This document shows, piece by piece, positions 37,878 to 48,948 of a stretch of 64,000 bases of DNA (positions are counted from its first letter, which is position 1; every line of letters starts with the position of its first letter). The notes beneath the pieces were generated by a model, which did not search any database, was not told where the DNA came from, and saw nothing but the letters and a program-made list of their open reading frames with translations. Source of the DNA: Cyanophora paradoxa CCMP329 (Eukaryota; Plantae; Glaucophyta); contig QPMI01000631.1 of the NCBI GenBank assembly GCA_004431415.1, forward strand, positions 19,560 to 83,559. Reading direction: 5' to 3'. A program made the position numbers and the translations under genes.

Positions 37878-40800
37878 TCAGCTCGCCAAGACGGGGTCCG
37901 CGAACGGCGCGGCCCCGAAGGGAGGTACGACGACGGCGGGGGTGCGGGGGGTAGAGGGGATCGAGGGGGGGCGGGAGAGGGCCGTGGAGGAGGCGGAGGC
38001 GCGGCGGGAGTGGCCGGCGCGGGGGGTAGGGGGACCCGGGAGGATGGGGGCTACCGTGTACACGGGGGAGGGGGGCTGGGAGACGGCCGAGGGGGCGCGG
38101 ATGAGGGGGGTATCGCTCCCCACCGAGGCGGCGGTCATGAGCCCGGGGGAGGAGTCGCGGCGCGGTAGGTTCGCAAAGCCGCCAAAGCCGCCGTAGCCGC
38201 CGAAGCCGCCGCCGCTGCCTCCGCCGCTGTCGGAGGCGCCGAGGGCGCGGGCGGAGCTGCTCTTGACCGGGGACGAGGGCTGCTGCCCGGCTCCCGAGGC
38301 GGCAGCCTCCATCTGCAGCTCGCGGGCCGAGCGCCGCGTGGCCGCCGGCGTACCCTCCCGGTCCGACGTGCCCGAGGGGGTACGCCTGTGCACGCCCCGC
38401 ACGGGGGTCGAGCGCCCCGTGGCGCCGCCGCCGCCGCCGCCCTCGCCCCCGGCGCGCGAGGAGGAGATGGGCAGCTCCGAGAGCGCCACCATACCCCGCG
38501 GCTCGGGCGGGGGCGGGCTGTCGCCCTCGCCCCCCACGGCCGGCCCCGCCCCGTTCGGGCTGTTCACGTCCTCTTCCGACGTGCGGCGGGCCTTGCGACG
38601 GGGGGTACGCGAGCGGTGCGGGACGCCCTCCGAGAGAGCGGCGGCGACGGCCCGCGCTTCAATGTACCCGTCCGCCACGCGGACGTACGAGAGGAGTGGG
38701 GCGGACACCAGAAGGGCGACCAGGACGGGTATCATGCCGTAGCGCTGCCGGGGGGTACGGTCGGTAGGCTGGACGGGTACAGGAAAGAGGCGGGCGGGAG
38801 CGCGGCGCACGAGCTCGCCGCTCGCCGCGGCGACGGTCGCGGAGACGGCGGGTACGACGATGCTGGAGCCCTTGCCCGCCGCCTCGAAGAAGCTAGGGAG
38901 GGGGTAACCCGTCAGGCCAGCTGGCCGAGGGGGGAAGGAGCGCGAGGGGAGTACGGTCGCACCCGAAGAAGGCGCCCTCGCAGCCGTCGGGCGTCATGTG
39001 CGCGAGCATGCTCCGCGAGAAGCTCTGCGCGGGCGGCAGACCAACAAACAGGTCAGGGCCTCTTACGATCTAAGAGAGGCTAGCTAAGAGATCTAAGAGA
39101 TCAGAACAAACAGTTCAGGGCCTCTTAACATATCTTCATAGACTAGATCAGCAGGGACCTCTTACGATCTAGGGAGGCTAAGAGATCTAAGAGATTAGAA
39201 CAAACAGTTCAGGGTCTCTTTAACATATCTTAATAGACTAGATCAGCAGGGCCTTCATAGAAAATAAGGTTAGACTCAGCAGGGTCTCTTTGACATATCT
39301 TAATAGACTAAATCTTTGATTCCAACAGAGTCTTAATAGAAGACAAGGTCACCGTGAAGGCGCCGAGGGAGAAGCCGTAGACGAAGCCGAAGGCGTACAT
39401 CTCGGAGGCGGTCCGCAGGCCGACGCGGGAGCCCGGGATGACGCCCAGGAGGACGTACCTGTCGGGCGGGCGGGCGGGCGGGAGGTAGTCAGTTAGAAGC
39501 TAAGTTAAATTAAGCTAGAAGTTAGTCTAGCAAGTGAAGTTAGAAGTATATCAATATTTGTCTAGCAAGAAGTTATGTTAGCAGACAGCGCGGCTCGCCA
39601 GCGAGGCGGGCGGGCGGGCGGGCGGGTGGGAGGGCGTCAGCGGAAGGGAGCGCGGCGGCTTCGGCGGTGTCGGGAGGGGAGGGCCCGTCGTTAGCTCTTA
39701 GGAGGGGGGCGGACTTTCGAGCTAGGGGCGGAAGGAGCGCGGCGGCGGCGGCGGCGTCGGCGGCGGCGTCGGAAGGGGGGAGAGAGGGCCCGTCGCTTGT
39801 TTTAGGGGCGAGTGCGGCTGGGCGGGCGGGCGGGCGGGCGGGCGGGGAGGGCGCACAGGGCGACGAGGATCATGGCGACGACGCTTGACTGCACGATCGC
39901 CACCGGCCGCGCCCCGAACCGCTGCGAGGCGGCGATGCGCGGCTCGGTCAGCCGCGGGGTGTACGATCAGGGCGCGTGTGAGGCGGGGCTTCGTAACGTC
40001 GCGCTCTATGGGACGTCTCTGTGCGGGCTTCTCTGGGAGATGTCCTTGAGATCCTTAGAACGATGCCATCTAAGCTCCTAAGATCCTTTTCTAAGCTCTG
40101 TAGAGAGGAGCGGGGGGAGGGCCGCAGGCCACCGTGGCGGCGCGGAAGGCGGCGAGGGCGCCTTGGATGTTCTTAAGTGCTCCAGATGCCCTCTTCGCTA
40201 AGCTTCTCAGCTGCTACGCTTCCTTTTCTATAAGGGGGCGCGGCTAAGGGGGGCGGACGGTGGCGGCGCGGTAGGCGGCGAGGGCGCCGAGGACGCCGGC
40301 GACGGGGATCTCCAGCACCAGCAGCGCCACCAGCATCCCTGGCGGCGAGGGGTGGCTCAGTTGGAGGGGGCGGGAGGCGGGGGGCGGGAGGCGGGAGGAG
40401 GGGGGCGGGAGGCGGGGCGTCCGGCTAAGCTCGGGCGGGCGAGAGAGACGACAACCGGTGGGGAGGCTCGACCGCTCGTAAGAAGGGAGGGGGGGGGGGG
40501 GAGAGCTTGAGCGGCGCCGGAAGGGAGGGAGGGGAGGGAGGGAGGGAGCGGGGGCGGGGGGCGCCCACCGGAGCGCTCGAGGGTCTGGTCCGCGAAGTAG
40601 GCGCCGAGGGCCCTGCGGTGGGTGCTGGAATCAGGCGGGGCGCTCGGGGTGGGGGACGGGGGGGACGCCGGCCGCCGTCAAGGTAATAATAAGGAGGCGC
40701 CGCTGTGGTTTATGCGTGGCGATTACGCAGCCTAGCGTTGCTCTGGGGGAGGGGGTGGGTCGCGGGCGCCGGCCGGGCGGGCCGCGGGCATCCTTAGAGG

Positions 40801-42748
40801 TGGATGGATGGGGGCGCGGGCGCCCCAATACGAGCCGGCCGCGGGGGGGGGGGGGGGCGGGGGCTGGGGCAAGGTACGCACGCGAGGCCGGCGAAGGCGT
40901 CCGAGGCGACGAGGTACGCCAGCAGGAACCGCCCCGCGTTCGGCAGCTGCGAACGAAGGGATGTCGGGGGGGGGGTGGAGGGATGGGGGAGGGGGGGGGG
41001 AGGGGGGGGGAGAGCACCTTTTGGGCGCTGCCGACGGCGCGGCGGAGGCGGGTGAGGGAGACCCCGAGAGCGCTCCGCGAGACGGCGAGGGGCGGGCCCA
41101 GCCGCCGCTTCAGAAGCACCGCCGCGAACACCGAGAAGCCGGCCCACTGGGGAGGGGGGGAGGGAGCGTTAGAGGAGCAGAGAGGGGGGGAGGGAAAGGG
41201 GGGTACCCAGCAGCCGGCGATGAGGGAGGAGAGACGGTACCCCAGCGCCGGGTTGGACACGAAGGCGAGGAAGGGGAAGCACGCCAGGAGGCACGCGGCG
41301 CCTGGGGGAGGAGGGGGAGGAAAAAGGCGCCCGTGAGGCGGCGTCGGGAGAAAGCAAAACGGGACCCGGCGGGAGTCGAACCCCCGACGAATCCGGAGAC
41401 GACTCCGCGGACGGAGAGCCAGACGGTGGCCCGCTCCAGAGCCGTCCGGTGCTCCGAGGGATCCTCCCGGTACTTAATCTGGAGGGGTGGGCGGTGTCAA
41501 GCGACAGGGGAGTACACGAAAACGGCAGGCAAGCCGGGCGGGGTCTACTTGGGGGGTACGTACCTCGGTGTCGTTTCGGGCGAGGATGGGTAGGTACGCG
41601 TTGAAAGCCACGACGGAGGCCCCGTGGAAGAACTTGCCTGCGGCCCCGCTCAGGGTACGCGAAAGGCTGGTTAGGCTCAGGGGTACGACGCGAACCGAGG
41701 ATGAGCAGGATTCCGACGAGCCAGTAGAGTTGTTCGGCCTGCGGGACCGGTTCGGTTCAGGGCGCTCTCGGGGCGGGCTAGGGGCGCGTTGCCTTAGGGA
41801 GCGGCCTCGGCAGGCCGGCTAAGGCTGCTAGTAGTTCCTTCTAATAGTTTATAGAATCCCAGGGCCGCGGGCAGCTTTCCGGGAGGCTGGGACGGGTCGG
41901 GCGGGGCTCGGGTCGGACCTGGACGAAGGCGACCCCGATCGTGCAGGTGGCGCCGGCCGCCGCGCAGATCACGAGCGCCCGCTTCCGGTACCCGCTGCGG
42001 CGGTACGTCGGCACTGTGCGCATATGTTGGGCGGCGGGCGCGTCGCGCTGCGCACGAGAAGTCGAGGAAGGCCGAGAAGAGGCCGAACACGAAGATCTGC
42101 GGGCGGAGGCATCAGCACGCGCTGCGCCCGGATTCGAGCGGGATAGCACCTGCAGGGCGCCTTGGATCAGGCGGCACGCGGCGACGAAGGCCGCCGGATA
42201 GAAGGCCGACCAGCCGATGGTCACGAGGCCGTCCGCGTTCGCGGCCTGCTCGCACATCCGCAGCAGCAGATTCGGCAGGAAGCCGGCGAACATAACCACG
42301 ACAGGCGCCCTGCGGACGGCGCGCGCGTCATGAGCCCACAGCAACGCGCAGACAGCAATTGCAGGCACTGGAGGCGTACGTGCTCGCGAATTCCTGCGAG
42401 GGCGAGTCAGCGGGCGCATCGAGGATCGAGAGAATGCGATTGCACGCACATAGCTGCACCGGGGGGCGGCAGGGAAGACGCAGGGACGGGGCGACGGTAA
42501 ACGGACAAGGTCAAGATAGGGCGCGGCGGGAGTTCGCACCTTATCCACCCGCGCCTCTCCCACAGCCCGGCATCTGGTTCATGAGAGCATTCCACTTGAC
42601 CGAGCCGCACGGACGAGTGCCGCCGGTCAAGGGGCTGGCTGAAGCTGCGCTCCGCAATGCCATCGTTCTGCTGGTCCTCCTCGCCTTCGACGAGCACGAA
42701 GTCGACTTCTAAAGTCTCCACCGTCCTCCTCGCGCTTAGAGGTGCCAT
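37878..42748 (-). CDS. Atg22/UMF1-like MFS transporter (multi-exon)
   Basis: SGYRKRALVI, VVAFNAYLPILARND, WAGFSVFAAVLLKRRLGPPL, RFLLAYLVASDA, EMYAFGFVYGFSLG, SFSRSMLAHMTPDGCEGAFFG, RYGMIPVLVALLV, followed by a Ser/Pro-rich C-terminal tail. Confidence 0.78.
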
Positions 42749-44296
42749 CCTGGGCGGGGCCTCCCGCTGGTCCGAACAAAAGCACCGAGCTGGCGGCGGA
42801 GCGCCGCTGCGGGCGTACGATACAGTGCTCTACGTGGTTTGCTGCTGGACTGGCGACTCTCTGCGAGGACGCAGGGCGCTCGAGGGCGGTGAGCCGTCAA
42901 GTAGAACGCGCTCTCCAGCTGTCAGGAAGGGCGTGCTGGTGCTCGGGGGGCGCTTTATCGGCACCAGTGAAATGGGCAGCAGTGCCAGACCGCGCTGCTG
43001 GCTTGCGCGACGGCCGCTTCGAAAATTCACAGCCGCGCCAGCGGTCGGCGTACCCCCGCCCCAAAGCTCAGGACTGCCGATTCGATGGGCCGTGCTTACC
43101 ACCAACTTGAATTCGAAGTGATTCAGGCGGTGCACCTGAACCCGAACTCCTTCCATGTTGAGCGAACTTGCATGAAGTTGCATCATCAAGCGCGCACTGC
43201 GGATGCGAACTATCATAGTATTGATCATCGGATGCGCGCACTGCGCTGCCTGCGCATGCCGGCTTCTAGTCGAAGTTCTAGATCTAGCTATAGATCTGCA
43301 TGCGCAGCTGCGATGCCGCAGTGCGCATGCGCAGCGATGCGCTTGCTCTAGCTATAGAGTCTAGATCTACTAGCTAGCGCAAATCGATTTCGAATATAAA
43401 TGCGCTGGGCCGGCCCGCGGCGCCGCGACGCCAATAAAATTGATCATGATCATGAGCTCCGATCGTGCGCGATCGCGAGCCTCGAAGATCTAGAGCAAAT
43501 ATGGCGCCGCGCGCTCCGCGCGTCAGACTCATGATCATCGATCTCGAATCTCGATGATGACCTCAGTGATGATATTGCCGCGCGCGCCGTTACACTGCCG
43601 TATGTACATGTGCAGTGCGCGCAACGGCCCATGGCCAACCATGGCCAACGTTGAACATTGAACCCAACTCTCTCGATCGCGAGCTCGCGATCGCGGACGT
43701 CACGGCGTCCGATCAACGCCCGCGGCCGAAGCACAGATCTAGAGTCGGATTCTAGACTCTGAGACACACGTGCACATATATCTCGAGCTCTCTCTTAAAA
43801 TTAAGCTGGCGCCGGCGGCCCGACCCGGTGTGACCCGGCCCGGCCCGCGGCCGCGGCCGGCCGGTCCGGATCTTCAAGGCTTTAATAATAGGGAGGGGAG
43901 AAAGGAAGGGGATCGAGAGCCTTGATCATGATCATGAACTCTGAATCATGATCATAGATGCATATGACTCTGAACTATAGCTAGAGCTCGAGCGATTTTC
44001 GTGGCCGGAGAAGCGCTTTAATTTGCGATCAAATTCATGATAATCATGAGTCAAGCTTTTAAGCTTAAGAGGAGAGCTCCAGGCTGCTAGCTGGAATCGC
44101 CTGATCATGATCGGTAAATCTCCGCCACCAGATGCATGTGCATATGCGGCGGCGGCGTGGTGGCGCGCGCGGCGTGGTCGCGCCACCACGGGCCAAATTA
44201 AATCACGACATTCTCCCATGGCCATGCATATATCTGCGCATGCGCGCGCGCGCGCGGCTGCGCGCGGGGCATGCGCACGTTGATACGATGATATTC

Positions 44297-45066
44297 ATCC
44301 TCTCCGCGACCGCTGAATCGCCCGCACAGGAATTCGCGAGCACGTACGCCTTGAGTGCCTTGCGGCGTCTGCGCGTCGCCGTGGGCTCATGACGCGCGCG
44401 CCGTCCGCAGGGCGCCTGTCGTGGTTATGTTCGCCGGCTTCCTGCCGAATCTGCTGCTGCGGATGTGCGAGCAGGCGGCGAACGCGGACGGCCTCGTGAT
44501 CATCGGCTGGTCGGCCTTCTATCCGGCGGCCTTCGTCGCCGCGTGCCGCCTGATCCAAGGCGCCCTGCAGGTGCTATCCCGCTCGAATCCGGGCGCAGCG
44601 CGTGCTGATGCCTCCGCCCGCAGATCTTCGTGTTCGGCCTCTTCTCAGCCTTAACTTCGAATTCCTCGCGATCGGCTTCTCGTGCGCAGCGCCGCGCCTG
44701 CCGCGCGCCCGGCGCGCCCGGCGCGCGCGCGTATGCACGCCTCGATCGCCGACGTGCCGCCGCAGCGGGTACCGGAAGCGGGCGCTCGTGATCTGCGCGG
44801 CGGCCGGCGCCGCCTGCACGATCGGAGTCGCCTTCGTGCAGGTCCGACCCGAGCCCCGCCCGACCCGTCCCAGCCTCCCGGAATGCTGTCCGCGGTCCTG
44901 CGATTCTATAAACTATTAGAAGGAACTACTAGCTATAGCAGGCTTAGCCGGCCTGCCGAGGCCGCTCCTTAAAGCAACGCGCCCCTAGACCGCCCAAGAG
45001 CGCCCTGAACCGAACCGGTCCCGCAGGCCGAACAACTCTACTAGTACTGGCTCGTCGGAATCCTGC
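44297..45066 (+). pseudogene. Inverted partial duplicate of the Atg22-like gene (copy of about 41705-42426, introns retained)
   Basis: Near-identical reverse complement, including VVMFAGFLPNLLLRMCEQAANADGLV and intron sequence. It lacks the first exon and all downstream exons. Confidence 0.85.
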
Positions 45067-45171
45067 CGTCCAAGGCCCGCGGCGGTCCAACTCCGGAATT
45101 CCATCCCAGCAGGAGTTCAAGGTCCGAATGCCACCCCGCGGGAGTTGAAGCGCATTAACATAGAATAGGAG

Positions 45172-45245
45172 CGCCCTGGGTGGGGCTCGAACCCACGACC
45201 ATTAGGTTAAAAGCCTAACGCTCGTACCAACTGAGCTACCAGGGC
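45172..45245 (-). tRNA. tRNA-Lys(UUU)
   Basis: GCCCTGGTAGCTCAGTTGGTACGAGCGTTAGGCTTTTAACCTAATGGTCGTGGGTTCGAGCCCCACCCAGGGCG folds into a full cloverleaf with anticodon TTT. Confidence 0.96.
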
Positions 45246-45507
45246 CGTCGGACCTCTGCCCGGTGGGCCCGACCGGTCCCGTTCTCCCCGCTGCACTCCG
45301 CCGACTCCGCGAGCGCTCCCGCCGCCCGGAGAGCGTTCCCGTCGCCCGTTGAGCGCTGGGCACCTGTCTTTCGCGCCGTGCACGCCCCGCTCCGCCCTGG
45401 CGCGGTGTGAGCCCGCGGAACGCTGACGGCCGGCCGCGAGACGGCGCGGCCCGGGGCGAGGCCGCGGAACGCGCTTCCACCGCTCCGGCAATCGTAGCAG
45501 CAGGGCA

Positions 45508-45680
45508 ATGCCGGCCAGCGGCGCGGAGGCGGCGGCCGCAGCGGCGCGGCTCGGCGACCTGCCCGACGAGCTCTTGCAGCGCGTCGCGACGCACCTCGGG
45601 CCCCTCTCGGCGCTCCCGCTGCTCTCCGTGAGCCGCAGGCTTCGCGGCGCCCTCGCCGGCGCGCCGTGCGCCATAGGCAG
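45508..45680 (+). pseudogene. 5' end of an F-box gene with no visible continuation before the viral block
   Basis: MPASGAE...LGDLPDELLQRVATHLGPLSALPLLSVSRRLR matches the F-box consensus LxDLPxELLxxIxxxL...VSRRxR. Confidence 0.6.
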
Positions 45681-46121
45681 ATCTAGATCTAGAGCTCGCG
45701 CTCGCCCAGCGAAAACGCGATGATTGCTAGCTGCAGCCACGGTTACGCACTATATATATGAGGGCCATCAATGGGCCAAACGCGAAAAGGCAACTCCGAG
45801 AGCTCGAGACTCGGAAGTGACGCTTGGATTGCGGAGGTTCTTATAACCGCCGCAACAGCTGTGGGGGTACCCCCTCCGAGGCTGGCGATCGCGGCGATCG
45901 CGACCCGATCGCGACCCTGGTGATCGCGACTTTCTCCCGATCGCGACCCTTTTCGATCGCGATTTCGAGATCGGGGGCATTTCTGCGATCGCGAGAAAGG
46001 AAAAATCGGAAAAGGCCGAAAAGTGCGTTTTTCACGCGTGAAATCGACCGAAAACGAGGGTTCGAATCCCGGGCCCGGATTTGGACTTGGGCAAAATCTC
46101 GGACTGAAATGGGAGAAAAAT

Positions 46122-46186
46122 GGGACCTGGGACTTGGGACTTGGGACTTGGACTTGGGACTTGGGACTTGGGAAGAGTTGGAATCA
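46122..46186 (+). repeat. (GGGACTT)7 array plus GGGAAGAGTTGGAATCA, copy 1
   Basis: Read directly; two units are variant. Confidence 0.9.
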
Positions 46187-46229
46187 GAGTCTGGACTCAA
46201 AACGGGGAAATTTTCGGAGGGGGAGAAAA

Positions 46230-46700
46230 ATGTCAGGCAATCTCTATTACGATTTCCCCTTTGAGTTGCATATGGCATTCGAGAGGCTGCGCGAGTTCTG
46301 GCGTTGGCACCTCACAGGACATGACATTCCCGACATAACACCAGAGCCCAACACACAGGGCGTGCTTGAAGTCATCCGTCAATATCCGCGTCGATTCAAT
46401 GAATGGATCGAGTTCCACGCAACGAACCGTTTCCAGAGTCTCCCCGAGGCCATACGCGAAAATTTCGTGAGGCTGGTGGGACCAGGCTACGACAACCCTA
46501 ACAATCATAGACCACGCCCAGCTGGCGTGACGCGCGAAGCTCGAGAAGACCGTAGACTTTTCCGCAGGGAATTGAGAGAGGATAGACGGAGGCTTTCAAT
46601 GGGGCTCCCGCAGATTGTGAGGGGGTACAGCCCGGATTACGAGACTTACCAAGAATTGTACGGCTTCGAAAATCCCTTTGAGAGGGTACTACCAGGGTGA
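46230..46700 (+). CDS. Hypothetical viral protein (156 aa)
   Basis: Intact intronless ORF MSGNLYYDFPFEL...ERVLPG with AAAAATG start context and upstream AAATTTTCG. Confidence 0.65.
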   Translation: MSGNLYYDFPFELHMAFERLREFWRWHLTGHDIPDITPEPNTQGVLEVIRQYPRRFNEWIEFHATNRFQSLPEAIRENFVRLVGPGYDNPNNHRPRPAGVTREAREDRRLFRRELREDRRRLSMGLPQIVRGYSPDYETYQELYGFENPFERVLPG

Positions 46701-47035
46701 GGGCCAGGGGGGCCCCTGAGGGTGTACCCCCATCCGAGACTCGACCTTCGGCGGACGCACTCGGGCAATTTCCGTCAGGCCGGCTCCTTTTTCTGTCTTC
46801 GGTCCAACGCTAAATTTGGCTTTTTCAGGCCAGTTGGCAACGTTTTCCGTTGCGAACTAGCCCAGGAAAAAATTCGCCCACAAAACCGCGGTCCGCCGCC
46901 ATTTTGCCTCACTCTTGAAACGGGTTCGCCGCCTTCTCTCAGCCCAAGGAAACCCTGCCTCTCCGAATTTTCACAAGTCCGCCCTCACAGTCACCTCACG
47001 TTTTGCCTTTGCTGATTTCTTTTCCCTTTGCGCAG

Positions 47036-48103
47036 ATGTCGATTCCCGCTGAGCTTGCCGAGGACTTCGCCTTTGTCCAAGCAACGTGGGCTAACTCCGG
47101 TGGCACTCAAGGGGCTACCCCTGAGATGGAGCAGCGCGCCGACGCTCTGGGGTACATCTACAATTATGCCATCTTACGCGCCACTGGCCCGAAGTGCAAC
47201 TTCTCCCCAAGTCCGCCTTCACGTCCAAGGCCAAGAAATCCAAGTCCAAGCAACCCAAGCCCGAGCCCCCGTCGACGTGCCCCCCGTCCCCGGCTGGGTC
47301 AAGACCGCCAACGGCTGGGGCGACCCCAAGCTTTTCGCCGAGTCTGCTGCCGAGACGCTCGCCTGGGCCTACCCCCCTCAAGTCTTCACGAATTACCCCC
47401 TCCGTCATCGTCGTCATCTGCCCCTCAGCCCGTCGCCGAGCCCGCCCCCGAGCCCGCCGATGACGCCAAGTCCGAGGCCTCTGACGTCGAGTCTGACATC
47501 AACGACTTCATCGACTTTGACGTGCCGATTCCATACGACTCTGAGTCGTCTTCTGACTCTGAAGGCGACAACGAAAACCCGACTCGCAAGCGCCGCATTA
47601 TCAAGACCAAGTCAATCGTCAAGAAGAAGTTCATGGAGACTACGTCATTCACCGACAACTCCGAGCGCGTCAAGGACCCCGCCAAGGCACACGAGAAGGA
47701 CTTGAAGCTCGGCGCCGGCATTGCCCGTTCTCGCGTGACGTCACACTACAGCGAGCGCCTGACTCAGCACGTCAAGACCATTGAGAAGCGCGTCCTCTGC
47801 AACGAGCTCCGCAAGGAGTTGGAGCGCAAGCGGCGCCACGAGCGCCTTGTCCAGTACCAGATCAACAAGGCGCGGATCGCCGAGCGCAAGCAGAAGGAGG
47901 CGGCCGAGCTCAAGGCGCGCATCGAGGCTCAGCAGCAGCGCGAGGCAGAGGCGGCAGCGGCCTTGGCGGCGCAGCGCGAGCGCGAGCGGCAGGACTTGGT
48001 GCAGGCAGCGCAGTCCCTTCCCCGCATTCCCCTTAAGTCGGCGCCCGAGGGCCTCATTGAGTTGGTTTCCGATGACGATGACTCTGACTTTGAGATGCTG
48101 TAA
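47036..48103 (+). CDS. Hypothetical acidic/coiled-coil protein with NLS-like stretch; probable compensating frameshifts near 47200-47400
   Basis: Long ORF with a D/E/S-rich tract, TRKRRIIK and a C-terminal coiled coil. ATG is directly preceded by a splice-acceptor-like TTTCCCTTTGCGCAG. Confidence 0.7.
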   Translation: MSIPAELAEDFAFVQATWANSGGTQGATPEMEQRADALGYIYNYAILRATGPKCNFSPSPPSRPRPRNPSPSNPSPSPRRRAPRPRLGQDRQRLGRPQAFRRVCCRDARLGLPPSSLHELPPPSSSSSAPQPVAEPAPEPADDAKSEASDVESDINDFIDFDVPIPYDSESSSDSEGDNENPTRKRRIIKTKSIVKKKFMETTSFTDNSERVKDPAKAHEKDLKLGAGIARSRVTSHYSERLTQHVKTIEKRVLCNELRKELERKRRHERLVQYQINKARIAERKQKEAAELKARIEAQQQREAEAAAALAAQRERERQDLVQAAQSLPRIPLKSAPEGLIELVSDDDDSDFEML

Positions 48104-48149
48104 ATAGTATTGCGTCATTCCATTGTACATACTTGTAAAAATTGGCCGA

Positions 48150-48925
48150 CTATTCAGTTACGACTTGGCGCGATCCTGGGACTTGGGACTTGGGACTTGG
48201 GACTTGGGACTTGGGACTTGGGACTTGGGAAGAGTTAGACTCAATTAGTTCGGCCATGAGGGTAGAGCCCACGACCATTCCAGAGGTAGGCATTCCGGCG
48301 ATGTTGTTGTACAATTTGAAAGTGAATTTCGTGAAGAGGAGCCGGGGCCAGACCTGGGTACGGGGATTCGAGGCGCCGTATGAATAATCGGTACCCGAGG
48401 CGCCGCCCGTGGTGGCATTCGTCATCATCTCCTTTGCGGTCATCTTCCAGAGGTTGTACATCTCAAAGGGAACGGCCTGCGTGGTCTTGTGTGTGGCATC
48501 GATGAGGGCGCCATCTAAATGCGTTTTGATGTTCGGATTCGCACCATTCCCGAATTTGCGAGTGAGGGCGGTGTTAGCGGTGAACTTGAGTTCGAGCACG
48601 CGAATGGCGGGCCGATCAGGCACAGAGGGCTCTATCTTTTTCAGGAGGCCCGAGAGCCAGAGCGCCTCCGCCTCATCCGCGCTCACGCCCGAGTCGATGT
48701 CAAAGTACACGTACACGGAGCAGGAGGCGGGATTCTCGAAATCGTTGGAGGTGACGCGCAACATGACGGGATTCTGGACCCTCACGGTGAGCGGGGTGGC
48801 GTAGTTTCCGTCCCACTCCACCTTGTCCGTCCCTGCGTTGGCCACGTTCCAGCGTTGCCGTAGAAATCGGGGACGATCGAGCCGGCAGACACGGTCTTCA
48901 CGATGGTGGCCGAGGTGGTCGGCAT
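48150..48925 (-). CDS. Beta-rich putative virion protein, paralog B (frameshift near the 5' end)
   Basis: VRVQNPVMLRV, SADEAEALWLSGLLKKIEP, IRVLELKF and GSTLMAELIES align with the neighbouring gene. Confidence 0.6.
48178..48243 (+). repeat. (GGGACTT)7 array plus GGGAAGAGTTAGACTCA, copy 2
   Basis: Seven perfect heptamers with nearly the same tail as copy 1. Confidence 0.92.
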
Positions 48926-48948
48926 TTTGCGACCTCAAATGAGAAAGA

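Noticed and set aside
41360-41395. tRNA-like GGGAGTCGAACCC (reverse T-loop/B-box)
   Set aside because: No cloverleaf can be built, and it lies at an exon-intron boundary of the Atg22-like gene.
1-45700. Hundreds of Arg/Pro/Gly/Ala-rich ORFs in the supplied track
   Set aside because: They result from very high GC and few stop codons. The real genes are spliced and cross frames.
45885-45995. Cyanobacterial HIP1 (GCGATCGC) signature indicating plastid or cyanobacterial DNA
   Set aside because: Confined to one short cluster; neighbouring genes are viral, not cyanobacterial.
46122-48243. True chromosome telomere or LTR pair
   Set aside because: The arrays are short and internal; no TG...CA ends, primer-binding site or gag/pol between them.
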